Assembly: GCA_013265495.1 (NCBI GenBank)
Contig: MU058781.1
Coordinates: 5,645,050-5,709,049, forward strand
Reading direction: 5' to 3'
Source of the DNA: Vicugna vicugna
Taxonomy: Eukaryota
DNA: 64,000 bases
Position 1 is the stretch's first letter; each line of letters starts with the position of its first letter. The position numbers and the translations under genes were made by a program. The notes below the pieces were generated by a model. It worked only from the letters and a program-made list of their open reading frames with translations. It did no database searches and was not told the DNA's origin. Positions 13,571 to 26,975 of the stretch are shown here, piece by piece.

Positions 13571-14224
13571 GCATCTGGAACAAGAGATCAAGGCAATTCC
13601 TGAATTTCAGATTGATTAGGAAGATCAATGGTCACAGACCAGCACTTAAACTAACCAAGAATCCTGCTCAGAGTCTGTGCATCCAGATGAGGCAGAAGGA
13701 AGGTCCCTCCTCCCGCAGTACACTGCCCCTGTTCTCTGCAGGCTCCTGGGAAGCTTAGGCACGGCCCCTCCGGAAGCACAAGGTACACCTGGGCGCTGAA
13801 TGAAACAGACAAGGTAAAGGGACCAGAACGTCCTTCCTCGTAAGCTCAGAACTACGCCCTCTCCACCGGCCACGGGGTGGAGGTGGTGCCAAGCTCAGAC
13901 TGCTCGCCAGCGACTCTCAACCAGGAGGGTGCTACCCTCCCAGGGACACCAGAAAAAGGAACAGGAGCATTCTGGATTGTTACAGAAACTTGGGGACATG
14001 ACCGGAATGGAGTGGGCAGGGACAGACCAGGGTGCTAATTCTGCTGTAAAGAGCGAGACAGTGCTTGCCGCTGAGGACTGTCCTGTCTGCTTCCTTATGG
14101 GACACTGGCAGTTTAAACATTCTCTAGAATAGATGTCACTGTCCTAGGGCCCTTATTCAATGCTTTTCTCTGTATGAAATATCTAACATCCTCTGTCAGG
14201 GTCTCATATCTGAGGCTATGTACA

Positions 14225-14450
14225 ATAGTAATACTGAGAGCTGCCCCTCTTGAGCAATCTCTATATGCCAGCTGGTGGACGTCTCATACGTAACTGAATC
14301 TTTGCAACAACAAATTTGGTAGATACTATTTTTAGTAATTCCCAGATAAGTAAACTCATTCAGAGAGAAAAACGCAACTTAACAAGTAGGGGAGCCCAAG
14401 GTGTGAACCCAGGTTCCTCTAACCCCAAGTCCATAAACTTGACCATTAAA
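14225..14450 (-). mobile_element. MIR SINE
   Basis: Antisense MIR: 'ttgagcaatctctatatgccag...cagataagtaaactc...tgaacccaggttcctctaaccccaag'. Confidence 0.6.
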
Positions 14451-17400
14451 CAACAATCCTGGTTTTAAGATTAGGCAAAAACCTCAAGCCTGGTCTGCAC
14501 AAGGGAGCATGGAGATGCCTAGGAGCTGGGGCAGAGCCCTGACCATGGATGGAGTCTCCTAACCAAAGAGCCTGCAGCCAAGGTGAAGGTGGCTGCCGGT
14601 CCCCGGGCGATGCTGTCAGGTGCAGCCCTGGGAAGAAGCCCCCTGCAGCAGTGGTGCACTACTCACTGTGTGCATTTGACTCACTTCTTGCCAAGGTCTC
14701 AGCTACCAAAATATAGAACTCGCCTGAGAGCAAGTCTTCACGTAGAAACAACACATAAAATTGCTGGAAACAATGAAGGATCCAAAGGTTTTTCTTTTGA
14801 GTAGCACTAGGCAATAGCTACTTCTGTAAGATGCATGGACTCTCCCAAAACCCAAGACCACAGGGAGGTTGTACTTCTGAACTCCGGTGCAGAGAAATCC
14901 TGCCAATTCACATGAGATGCATTAGGTCAGGTCTAGTATATATCTTTTAAAGGAAGTCTGCTGTTGTTCCCACTGGGAATTCCACAAGTGATTTTCATGG
15001 GCATGTGATGGACCATACCAGGAAGCTGGTGAGACCCAATGGGATTAGGAAAAGATGCGACACCAGGAGGCCATGAGATTTCACCGAAGTCCAGCTAGAA
15101 GGATGTACCTTGGTGCAGCATTCCCCCACCTCTGTTTCTGGGTTTCTCAACTTTTCTAGCCCAAGATTCCCTGTACTCCACAGCACCACAGCTACTTCAC
15201 TGACTTGTTATGAAGATAATATACAGTGTATATGTCCCTAAACTCTGGATATAAGATTGTAAGAAATATGTTATGATCATCGTCTTTAAAAAACAGACAA
15301 GAGACTTTCTATTCCACTTCGTGTTTCATTGCCCAATGCTACCTTCATTTGTGTAATTACCATTCATCATCCTTCTCTTTTCCTGAGCCCGGCAAGCCCA
15401 TATTAGAAAGACACTAGCATCCCTTGGTGGCAAACATACAAAAAATTTCCACTTAGACATGCATTTCCAGAAGCAACTCTAAATGGCAGGCACTGAGTGC
15501 CTCACTGACTACAGACCTGCCTCCCAATTTCATCTGACTTCCTTCTGTTGTCTTGAGAGCCCTTAATTTTCTTGTCTTCTCGAGGCTGTGAAACTACTGA
15601 ATGAATGAAGAGGAGGCAGCAGTCTTGGTTTCTGGGCTGACTGGTAACCCTCTCACTAGAAGAGCCATACAGCAGGTAAGATGCTAGCCTGTGACACGCC
15701 TCCTGTTCATTCTCCTGGTGAAAAGCAAAGAGCAGCAAGAGAAGAGGGCCAATGGGAAGCATAAACTAAGCACTCAGGGGCCCCCAACCACCGTGGGCAT
15801 CACATCGCTCTATTCCAGATGAGTGGGACCAGCCCACGGGGCTCGCGGGTTGGCGGTGTGTTCGCTGTGCTGTAACTAACTGCTCAATCTGCTCCCCATG
15901 TAAGGAGGTGCCACTCGCAACTGTGTCACCGACCCAGGATCGGTGCTAAAGAGTCCTGTACACACTCACCTTCTGCCAACCCTCTCCCGACTCACTGCAT
16001 TAAGCCACGCTCCTGCTGTTCATTTGCCAAAGGTAGGTTTCCTCCTTGCGAGGATTGTATACAGTCTATTAATTTGTCAACTCCAGATTTTACAGCTGAG
16101 CAGAGCGAGGCTGGTTATGAGGTGATGTAACAAAGTATGTGTAACGTCTGGTTAACCTGAGCTTCCTGGACTTTAAATTTGCAGTAGGTCCCAGCCAGCA
16201 GACTCAGAGCCACCACTGTGCTGGTATTCTAACTATGAGATCCTTGACCCATAACCCCAAACTCTCGTTTTACTTGCCAAGTGCTGGCAATGGAAATCCT
16301 TATCTCTGAACTCTGAGGTTCTCATTACCGTGTCTTCAGTATCTGTTGCCCTTGTCTCCTTCTCGACCAATCTCCATTACCCTCTGTGGCCCAGATCTTG
16401 GACCTCGCCGGACCTCTGTGTGCACGCACGCATGCGTTTGTCTTGTACATTTCTGTGTTTGGTGTGCATGCAAATGACGTTCTCTTGTGGCCCGGTCGCT
16501 CTTTTGATGCTTGATTCTGGACTATATCCATAGCTCCCGGTCATGCGGTAGATGGACTCCAGCCCTGGTCCCCGCTTTAGAACCGGGGCTGTCAGACCCT
16601 TGGGGTGTACCTGAGCTTCCGGCTCTGTGTTCCGTTTGACTTCTCCACCTCTACCTATGCCCTGATCATCTGTGGGAACAGCAGCCAACTGTCCATGAGA
16701 AGGAAGACGACAGACTCATGGTAGCAAAAACAAGTAACCGTCAAAGCAAGCAACAAAGCTGGGATCCTGGAAAGCACATGAGACGGGGAGCAGGAAGCCT
16801 CCCGACTCGTCTGGCTCCGCTCCATACCTGCATCTCAGACACAAAGGTACCAGTAACCCGCGTCCTGTCCTCTGCTTCCCGGAAGCATCGTAAGGAACAC
16901 AGAGCTCCCGTTATGAAGGTCCTTTGAAAACAAGAGAATACTACTCCGTTCAAAACTATTATAGTTACGGATTCTGGTCTTTCTAAAAGAAAGAAGCTTT
17001 TCTTTGAATTTCCTATAGTGCAGCAGCGGCATCACCATAACCTTCAAAACCGAGCGCTGTTGAGTCAGAAGTTCTCATACCAGCCCGCCCTTCGGAACCA
17101 CCACCACACCTTGCAGGACAACCGGAGGCTCTGACAGCCACAATCACCCATGGAACTTGAATTTTCTGCGTTGGTACAAAGGAAGAAAAATTTTTTTTTA
17201 ATTTCCCAAAGGATTCTCATCTGCTAGGTTTGGGATCCACTGTCTAAAAATAACAGGTTTCTCTGTGACAGAAGAACGTAAATATAACCACGACTCATGA
17301 ATTTGTGATTTGTTCCATCCTGCAGAGGATATCTGTTTAAATGTAAGTTTTCTAACTGGAACTCTGGAGTCTAACAACTTGCCTGGCAAGAGCTTCCAGG

Positions 17401-18250
17401 AAGCACGCGGGCTCTGGAAGGCACTGGAAGCCTCTGGAAAAAGCAACGTGTCCTATGGACCAGACCTTGGCCTACAGGCATGTCAGGAGGCGGGTGTGCA
17501 TGGCAGTGGATGACCACAGGGGCTTTACTGCAGCCTCCAGGCCTCTCATCCCTTTCAGATTCCTTCCTTCTCTGCCCTCCAGGCCCAGGAGCGCAGGGAG
17601 GAGAAGTCAGCATCCTTCATCACAGCCAGATGCTTCCACCTGGCCTCTGGTGGCCTCCTCTGCCCAGCAGTCCAGGGATTGATTCTCAGAGTGAAAACGC
17701 AGCAGCCAGTTACTAGGATCAGACCTGTGAGATGATTTTAGAGGGAGGAGCAGGGAGGCAGAGAAGCAGAGTTCAAGGGCAGAAAACTCTCTGATACCCC
17801 AAAGGAACCACGCAACTCTTTCCAGGGGTGACCAAGAACATGCTGGAAAGCTAGGTCTGCCTGGTTGGCAGTAGAAATGATCCTAGCTAGCAATCACCAA
17901 TCACCTCTCAGCCTTCTTTTCAGATGGCTATCCTGGGGGAACATTCCAATGCTTCCGATGGACACACGACATGTGGGGAGCGTCGCTAAGAGCAAAGACA
18001 GAATTCGGTCTCCCCTGCTGATACCCAAGGATGAAGAAATGGGCTAGACTAAAAGTCCTTAGAATTGAGCTGAGTGGCAACTGTAAACTGGGTAACTGCC
18101 AGTTACAAATTAAGTGTTTCTAAAATGGCCTAACTCCCTCCCCTCCCCCTTAGAATTCTGAACGCCTGACGAGCTATTAATGGCCATTTTATGCTTACCG
18201 ACTTGCTAGACCTTTCCCCAGCCCATTCTTTCCTCTCTAAAATCACTAGT

Positions 18251-18431
18251 AGGTGGTTCTCAAAGTGTGGTCCTCAGGGTCAGGAGGATCATGATCACGA
18301 CTGTTAGAAACACCAGCTCTCAGATTCCACTTCAGACCTACTGAATGAGAAACTCGGCAGTGCGGTCCTGCAATCTGAGTTTGAACAAGCCCTCTAGGGG
18401 ATGCTGACCCACTAGAAATTTGAGAGCCATT
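18251..18431 (+). mobile_element. MER5A (hAT-Charlie MITE)
   Basis: 'gtggttctcaaagtgtggtcc...cagacctactgaatgagaaactc...aacaagccctctagg...aaatttgagagcca' follows the MER5A consensus end to end, with terminal inverted repeats. Confidence 0.85.
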
Positions 18432-19739
18432 CCCATAGAAGTCCTCTTAATGTAAACACACCAAAAAGAAATAAGAACCATTTTCTTTCAAGAATCTTCA
18501 ACATCTTAAAACAGTTTATCTGAGTGAATTCATAGGCAAAATAATAACACACTGACATATTTGCTTGATGAAGACTTGTTTTTTCAGAACTACTAAAAGC
18601 TCACATATTTCCTCAACCCCAAAACAGCATATGACTTACAAATTCTTAAGATAGGAGAATTAGGGTGAGTTGTTTTATTTTAAAACGCATGACTCCACCA
18701 CCACATTATCTGCCTGCAAATATGTTTACCAAATTCATGAGGTGGCCGGTGTGTTTGAAAATTGTGGGCTTACGGCATTCATGTTTTAATGTCCTGCCCA
18801 AGAAAACAAAATGCAGTATTTCATACGGGACTGAACTTTAAAATATGCATAAAGTATAATACATTTTCATATCATATATCTTTACTGTGGGATTCTAATA
18901 TGGAACCATCGTCTCTTCTCCTGTAACTCCCACCCTGCCACCCATATTAAACCCATGCTTGACACGAATAGCACAGGCTTATAAATTTTTTGTAGTCTTC
19001 TCCTACATTTCTTCAAAATAAGCCCAATGTCTGGAATACACCTAGGAGTAAGTTAATAATCAGTATCTGAAATACTGGTTTCGTTGGCTTTTCGGTTTTT
19101 GATGGTGTTGATGATAAAGGCTGTCCATAAATGTCCCTCCTCTGTGCTCCCAGCTGGGCTTCTCAAATTCTCCTCAGTCACAGTGTGGCTGGGCAGACAC
19201 GAGGCCTCCATCTGAAGGATGATTGAGAAAGGAGGCCAAGTCATCTGGTCATCTGAAGGTCCCTTACCCAAGCATGTACATTATGAGGGGGCTAAAAATT
19301 TCATCCTTGTGTCCCCAGCGCCATTGCCTCCTGGACCTTTTAGGATAGCTAAAAGAAGGAAAAAGAAAAAAAAAAAAAAACCACTCTTCTCTCCTTGGAA
19401 ATAGTTTCTAGATTCTCTTCATGACCAACCAAGAGATCCTACACAATTCGGCTCTAAGTCTTCACTATCTTTCAAATAATTAAAAAGTTGAAATGAATTC
19501 GAATACAAACCCTGATAATTCGATCCATAAACCATTCTCATAAACCAGGCAAGACTCACTTTGTTAGCCAAAGGGAAATACAGTAGAAAACGTGGGACCA
19601 AGAGCAGATGGCTCATCCAAAGTCCACAGAAATAAAAATCCATTTATGGCTGCATTTTTTCCATGCTGGTTTTCCAAGATGGTCCCAAACTTGCTGATTC
19701 ATGGTACAAGCCTTTGCTTTAATGTAGCCAAAGAGAAAC

Positions 19740-20085
19740 AGCAGCATGTCCTAGCCAGCTTGTCCCAGGCAATCGCTACATTTGTGAGTTGAGTGTCAGA
19801 CACAACCATTGTTAAAAATTAAATTACATAAACTCACAACTAAATAAATTATATTCAAAACTCATCACTCCCTAATTATTTGACTGTATTTTACTATTCT
19901 CTGTATGGCTGAGGTTAATTCCACCTACTTGAGTAGTGGAAACACTACGTAATGGTGAGTTACTATGCATCCCTTCCCAACCTCACACTGGATGATGTCA
20001 TGTTTACATCACAGAAATCAGCAAATGTTACAGATCAGAACCCCTGTCATCCCTGAGCCAGTAGCTAAACTTTTCATGGTGCCCT
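19740..20085 (-). mobile_element. MER63-type hAT-Blackjack DNA transposon
   Basis: 'aaaaattaaattacataaact...caaaactcatcactccctaattatt...gtggaaacactacgtaatggtg...gcatcccttcccaac...gaaatcagcaaatgttacagatcag' matches the reverse complement of MER63 as recalled. Confidence 0.75.
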
Positions 20086-20359
20086 ATGGCCTCCATTCCA
20101 GCTTTTTCTTAAGGGGGCTAGAAAGACTTCTGAAGGAGAAGACTAGGACCAGTGGACTTTCCATCACGACAGGCACAGGCATGTACCACCAAACCTCCTA
20201 CCACCAAATCATTACTGGCCCAGAGTTTCCAGTTAATCTGTCACTGACTTACTATTTCCATTATCTGTGACCAAAATTAGTCTGACTCAGAAACGTAATT
20301 GTGTGTGCATCAGCAAGAACTCACATAAGAATGATATCTGCAAGGGAAAAAAGGCGACT

Positions 20360-20560
20360 TGACATTTGTATAATCCTTCACCACATTCACATAATTTGAT
20401 CGACTAGCTCATTGAGTCCTCATAACCACTACTATGTTGAGTTTCATTATCCCCATTTAACAGATGAGAAGGGTGAGGTTAGGTGGCCTGCCAAAGGTCA
20501 CAATCTAGTAAGTTGCACAGCCACGACTCAAACCCAGAAACCCAAGCCCAGTGTTCTTTA
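20360..20560 (-). mobile_element. MIR SINE
   Basis: 'tcctcataacc...attatccccatttaacagatgagaa...aaggtcacaatctagtaagt...gactcaaacccag'. Confidence 0.75.
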
Positions 20561-20964
20561 GTCTCGGCCACAGATTATTGCTTTTATGTCAATCTGTTTT
20601 GAAAGTGTGAATTTTTTTTCAAACGATCAACATATGGGTTCACTTTTCTCCTTCCTTTAGTTAGTAATGCAGCCAATGATGACGCACCTGCATCTACATG
20701 GATGGATGACGACCACCACCCCCACAGCCCTGCTCCCCTCCTGACCATACGCAGAATCTATGTCCACTCTGCAGTGCCACAGATAAATCAGGTCCAAACA
20801 CACTTCAACTGGAATTCCTAAAGATCCTGCAGCCGTGTGAGCATGATTAGGAAGTGTTCTATACTTTGGATCTAACTTATTCAAATTCAGGAGAAAGGTC
20901 TGTGGTATCCAATTTAAATCAAATTATAATAGTGAATTAAAAAGCCAGCTTCTTGTATTCAATG

Positions 20965-21110
20965 GATATATATGCATGTGTGTGTTTGTTTTATACAGTT
21001 TATTTTACACACATGTACGTATGCCATTGGGGTGGAAAACAAACTATATACACACGTACATATACACACATTTACGCACACACGTGTGCACATATACACA
21101 CATACATGTG
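20965..21110. repeat. Degenerate (CA/TA)n low-complexity tract
   Basis: Alternating purine-pyrimidine 'tatacacacgtacatatacacacatttacgcacacacgtgtgcacatatacacacatacatgtg'. Confidence 0.7.
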
Positions 21111-22116
21111 TTTTCCCCCATAGTTTGTTTTTCTCCATCCACAGGGAGCTATACAGCAGAAAAGAAAAAAAAAAGCACTGCCCTTTATCAGATATGTACA
21201 CATTTTATCCTTGCAATATGTCTCAAATGATTTTATGACTAAATCCTGGGAAAAATGTGAGGAATGCTTGGCTTGATACACGCTTTTCCAGTAAAAACAC
21301 AACATCGCTTATTAACTGTAGCACTTGGAGAAGCCTTTTCAACATGATGTACATTTTTGTTTTAGCTTGAGACTAAATCCCGTTTGGATCTAAGTTTTCT
21401 TTGGCTTTAAGAGAAAGTTGGACTGATTGTACCAGACGGGCCCTCAGGCCCTTCTCCACGTGGTCACCGCCCACAAAAGAAGTGTTAGTTCATTAAAGGG
21501 CCTCCGTCCCCAGCCCAAGCCAGGGTTAAAACCTTGAGATGTCTTCTCAACACGTCGAGCGGAAGTAAATCTCACAACGGGAAAATGGCAAACGCATCTG
21601 TCCCCTTGTCGGGATTTTTGAGACTTGTCCATTGACTGACCTTGTGGCTGGAAAGCACTTTAGAGGCGGTGGAAGGAAAGTTCATTGTGGCGGTGGATGG
21701 ATCCAGAGAAATTCTTAGAGGCCAGGAGTGAATTACTAATGCTGGGACCCTGAGAAGAGATTATGGAGTTTCCATTTTATCTCACAATTTTGGTGGGTGT
21801 GTGGTGATGACTTAAAACCATGTTAGGTGACTGAGCCAACATTTTCTTGGAAAGAAATTTCCCTACTGTTCTACTCAAACCGTAAGTAAATGGGGCTGAG
21901 GCACTGGGCTGGGCTGGGCTGGGCTGAGGACACTTGAAAGTGATCAGGCTGTCAAATTAACAGCAAACACTTTCTCAGTATTTGTGAAGACTGAAATAGA
22001 GAAAAGTGCGTTGCCTTTTAAGTAGATTAGAATTCAGTCATTCTGCCTCATGGTTCCAGAAGACAGGGGGTGGGGGTGGATGTGTATTGAGGGGGCCTCT
22101 AATTCTTCCTCCAACC

Positions 22117-22356
22117 CACTGAATCTCAACCAGGGGCAATTTTGTCCCCCAATGGGCATTTGGTAATGTCTGGAGATGTTTCTGTTGTCACAAATGCGGG
22201 GGTGGGGGGGAGCGCTACCAGCATTCAGTGGGTAGCGGCCAGAGATGCTGCTAAAATCCTATAAGGCACAGGCAGCCACTCAGCCCTCCACCTCCCACCT
22301 CCAGCAAAGACCTACCTGGCCCCAAACGTCAAGAGTGCTGTGGTTGAGATTCCCTG
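22117..22356 (+). mobile_element. MER20 (hAT-Charlie MITE), near full length
   Basis: 'tctcaaccaggggcaattttgtcccc...catttggtaatgtctggaga...gtgggtagcggccagagatgctgctaaa...cccaaacgtcaagagtgctgtggttgagattccctg'. Confidence 0.9.
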
Positions 22357-22467
22357 CTCTGACAGGAAGCAGAAATGATCAGCTGCAACAGAATTTTCCA
22401 TCGACATTCTAACTGGTTCCCAGGCTTTCCGCACCCCTTCGACACCCTTCTCTTCCATGACCTAAAT

Positions 22468-22646
22468 ACTTGCTACTTGCATGTGGTCCACAGACCAGCG
22501 ACGTCAGCATTGGCACCACTGGAGAGCTTGCTACAGACTCAGACCCTCAAGCCCCCACCCTGGCCGGGCCAAGGGAACCAGAACGTGCATTTCAACAAGA
22601 GCGTCAGGTGACTCCCACACACCTCACACCTGGAGAAGAAGCACTG
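22468..22646 (+). mobile_element. MER5A1-like hAT-Charlie MITE
   Basis: 'tgtggtccacagaccagc...gagcttgct...tgcatttcaacaag...caggtgactc...agaagcactg'. Confidence 0.7.
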
Positions 22647-23135
22647 TGTGAGCGTCTCCCCACCGCCTCCCTGTCCTCCGGTCCTTCCCCTGCTCACCCA
22701 GCACTAACTCTTTCCACTCTGCCCTCTGATGAAGCAGATCTAGTAAAAAGCAGCTCTCCTCTCCCTTCAACTTTTTTTTTCCACAACGTTCATCCAGCGG
22801 CCCTTTCAGGAGAAGGCAGCTCACCCCCCACAACTCTGTGTGGGCTCCACCAACACCTCCATCCGCAATCAAAATTCCCTTCTCTTCCAATCACACGGCC
22901 AGGCCCAGATAACATGGCCAAGTGCTTGTATTTATTGCTTCAAGGTACCAGTTTTTAAGTCACCTTCAGCCTTTACAGATGCTCTGTGGACCTGGCTGAC
23001 TGGCATTCCTATTTGGTGTCACCCTGACTGTGGAATTCCTCAGTGACCACAAGGATGGACATCTTATACAAGAACTCCTGATTCCTTAATCTTTTCTACA
23101 CTGACAACCACCACTCCCCCCCACCCAACTTCAGA

Positions 23136-23255
23136 ACATCCAACCATTCATCAAACATTTATGGTGCACCTGCCTTTCATACCTGTCTCTATGCTAAAGA
23201 TTATTAATAGCATATTATCCTTGTCCCCAAAGAGCTTACAGTCTAGGAAAGGGAG
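23136..23255 (-). mobile_element. L2 3' end remnant
   Basis: 'cattcatcaaacatttatggtgcacctgc...aagagcttacagtctag'. Confidence 0.6.
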
Positions 23256-24359
23256 AGGGCAGGGGAAGTCTTTTATTTGGGCACTAGAAGGAGCTTCAAG
23301 GATTAATCAAAGAAGGTGATGGTCTACTCTTGCTTGGGGTGGGATATTTTGGCCATTTTTGTTGGTCAACACTCTAGCCCAGTAGTTCTCACATGTCGGT
23401 CTGAGAACAAGGGTCAATTCATAGAAACAAAAATACAGTGTAGCGAATTTATCTTGACACTAAACTCCTGTGATTCATTCTGAGATTACATCATTCTTCC
23501 ATTGGGGATGTTAAAATGCCCTTCCCTTTTTAAAAAGATTTAAGCATCCTTATATTAAAACAAAGATTTGACATACATATGTTAGTTCCCCTACTGGTTT
23601 TATAAAACTCATCCTTGAAAGCGAGCAGTGGCTCTCAGGGTCTGCACAGAGGGGCTTGCTTCGGTGGGGGACGGTCCAGATACAGCAGGTTAGACAGACT
23701 TGCTTTGAAGCCACGTTTGCATGGCCTTTTACACAAGAAAGAGAAATCGCCAATTTTCTGAATTTGAAAAAAAAGAAGGGTGAACTGATGGAAATTATGA
23801 GAATGCTTAAGTGCCCGTGCACCAGCCCGAGGTTATTAGCACCACTAACAAAATGTTTGATAACAACTGTGCACAGCTAGCCACGGGGTCAAGTTCCTCT
23901 TACTCCCCCCCCCCCCCCAGAGGCGGTGGGGCTCAGGACTTTGGGGACAGTGGTGGCAGTTTCAATGTGCCGAGTTAAGAGGTAAAAGCCCTTGAAACCA
24001 TATGGCTTTTTCTTTCTTTTTTCTTTTCTTTTATTTTTTTTTTTTGGAAGGGGATGCTTCTCTCAGAACTTGCATGCGAGCTTCGGGGCTGCCTCTGGGA
24101 TGGAGGATGTCTCTGTCCTGAGAAGGCCTGAGAGTGAATGGTCAGCACACGTGACTGCTGCTCTTGGGCTTAGAGAGCACTTCCTGTGGCCACTCTTTCC
24201 CTTGGATTTATCTTTCCACCTCTTCTCCTGACAGAGATGGTTCTACGCTGAGGGCAGAGAGAGGAGGGTGAGCCTGTGGTGGGGCAGCGGGGGGTAGTGG
24301 GGCTCGAGTTTGGTGAGGGCCTTAGGTCCGGGCTCCCTGCAGGCCCCCGCCTGTTAGCT

Positions 24360-24690
24360 GTCTCCTTGTGTTTCGGTGGGAGAGACTCTCCTGAATTTTC
24401 TAGTTTGCTGACCACCTTCCTTCCTCTCCCTTGCTCTTTTCCTTCTCTGCTAATATGAATCCTGTCCTTGGTTTTTACATTATTCCTCGCTCTGTCCTTT
24501 CTCTGGGTGGCGTTATCCATTCAGAACTTGACCACTCAGCTCTGCACTGACGACACCACGTCGCTGATCTCAAGATTCACGTTCCCAGCTTGTATCTCAC
24601 CTGGCTGGCTGTCTCCACAAAGCCCAGAAACATCCAAAACAGAACTCAGCATCTTCCTCTCCAAGACTGCTTCATCCTCTTCACTTCTTA
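24360..24690 (+). mobile_element. L2 internal (ORF2-derived) fragment
   Basis: Pyrimidine-rich L2 motifs 'ctctgcactgacgacacc', 'atctcacctggctggctgtctc', 'aacatccaaaacagaactcagcatcttcc'. Confidence 0.55.
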
Positions 24691-25607
24691 CACCTCTATG
24701 ATTTTTTTCCCCACTAGACAAGGAGCATGCCATTTATAGAAAAACACCAGAAGGCAAAATAATTAAATTAAAAAAAGAAATCAGGTGAGCCAAAAGATAA
24801 TTTTTGAAAAACATCTAAAAAGTCAAGGTACTCAATAGCTATATTCATCTACCTGTCTAATGTTGGCTACACAAATGTATCTTGCTTTCTGGATGCACAC
24901 CGGCTTTGTAGAAACGTGACTTTCTAACTAGAATCTAATCTACTCATCCCTGAGTTTCATTAGAGGCAAGGTATCAAACAGAGGAAAGAAGGACAGAAAA
25001 TTCTTGGAAGAAGCTCTAAGGACTATGTGAACTTCTGCATTCTCTCCCTCATTCCTTTGCCAGGTTCTCATAAAAGCATAAAAACTGGTTTAAAAAGGAC
25101 TGGAACATAACTACTACATGATCAAGACAGTAAGTCTCGCTAGCTCAACAGGAAGCTTATTTCATTAATATTTGTACTTCGGTGAATTGGGGGTCAATTT
25201 CTCTTACTAGGCACGTGACACATGCCGTCATAATCTGGACAGTCACCATCTCCTGGAGTCAAGCAGCTGGTGAGGATGTGGCACTTGCGCTGACAAGAGC
25301 TGAACACTTCACATGCTGGTATAAACTGCTTATGCACCAGCAAGACTGCTTCTAGGACATGACACTGGTATTGTCCCAAAGCTTTGCAGAGTGGATGCAG
25401 GGAGAGCTGTGGCCAGGACTTCTCCCTTAGTTGGAGCAGATGAGATGGTGTAAAGAGAGGTGAGGTCAGCAACAGAAACCACCTCCGCAGGTTCTGCCTC
25501 CAGGAGGAGTGCCCACTGGTGGAAGCCCCCTTGAGGCTCTAGTTGAAGAGGAAAGTGATGAATCCTGACTTGTAACTGCTCAGTTCCCAGGAGCTGCAAC
25601 AAAAGTA

Positions 25608-25871
25608 CAGCTGACCCTTGGACAACCTGGGTTGAACTGTGCAGTGTCACTTATACATGGACTTTTAAAATAAACGTGCAGTCGGCCCTCCGAATCCGTG
25701 GGTTCCTCAGCCGTGGATTCAACTGATCAATACACTATTGGTGGTTGCTTGAATCTGCGGATATGGAACCTGTGGACACAGAGGACTGACCAAGGGACTT
25801 GAGCATCCCTGGATTCTGGTATCCACGGTGTGTCCCAGAACCAATCCCTCACGGATACTGAGGGGCAGTTG
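25608..25871 (-). mobile_element. MER8/Tigger2-type TcMar-Tigger MITE
   Basis: Termini 'cagctgacccttggacaac' and 'ggatactgaggggcagttg' are imperfect TIRs; TA TSD at 25606-25607 and 25872-25873; internal 'cagtcggccctccgaatccgtgggtt', 'gggacttgagcatcc', 'gaaccaatccc'. Confidence 0.85.
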
Positions 25872-26885
25872 TATCATGTTTAAGTCTCATGAGTGTAACG
25901 GAGTGTTCTTCTCCCTGTAGGGCCGTCAGCTCTGCCCCAGGGATCCCCTAGTTCTCAAGTCTCAGGCTGCTACGTTCTCTCAATCACCAGCTGACCCACG
26001 TGGTTGCAGAAAGTAAGCTCTTCCTATGCTGTCCGTTACTTGTCGTGAGGCCAGTCATTTGCTGGTCACTTATCTCCCCAGAATCCAGAGTATTCTCTAT
26101 GCACATTTCTGACTGTTCCCCTTTCACTTCCCCTTTGCACGTAGTTTCCTAAAACAGGGGCGTTGTATGTTGGCGAGGAAGATTTTATGGGTTTTCTAAC
26201 TGGTTTTTTTCACAAAGGGAGAGACAATTGATACGGCAGTTGTAACAACAGACACAACCTACGAGCCAGGAACGACAGCAGAGGAGAGACAGAGCGCCTC
26301 CCTTCTGCGGTGCAGGCCGCCGGGATCAGGTCTGCAAGGCGCACACGGGCTCGGCTGCAGCAAATTAGGAGCTGTGTCTCCTTTCAAGTGGGAGCCATTT
26401 CCACGGACCCTGACCTCTCCTGTTCTCATTTGCTCCACTTCCAGCTCTCAGTGACACTAAGCAGGAGCAGAGAACATCTGATGTCACAGCCGGCTCTGGC
26501 CGGCTCAGGGCTACCGCCTCAGCTCTGCAGAAAACGAAGAGGGCACCGCCACATGCGGAAGTCGTGGCCTCAGGGTTTCCAAGCTTTGATGGGACAACAC
26601 ATGAGCTCTGGCCTCGCTCCCCCCACATCAAACGGTGTCTTACGCCTCTAGAAAGGTCTTACAACCCCCAAAACCTGTTTCATGGCAACCAAATGAGGGT
26701 GGCGGTTTCACCCCAGGCTGAATTCAGATTTGTTGATAAAGAATTTGTAATAACTCTATTAAAACAATGTTTTGGATTTTGAACGTCTTGTTGATTATGT
26801 ATGCATACACCCTTGTAGGTGCACATGTATGTGTACATATAAACGCACACATGTACACACACAACCCTCAGGAAGCCTGGGACTT

Positions 26886-26975
26886 GGGAATATAGCCAAT
26901 ATTTTGTAATAACTGTAAATGAAGCCTAACCTTTAAATATTGTATAAAAACAAAAAATAAAAATATATATTAAAA
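26886..26975 (+). mobile_element. Short L1 3'-end fragment with A-rich tail
   Basis: 'gggaatatagccaatattttgtaataactgtaaatgaagcctaacctttaaa' is typical of laurasiatherian L1 3'UTR and is followed by an A-rich tail. Confidence 0.65.

Noticed and set aside
23378..23700. Possible hAT-Charlie element starting 'cagtagttctca' (similar start near 33346)
   Set aside because: Only the terminus is suggestive. I could not assign a family or second TIR by eye.
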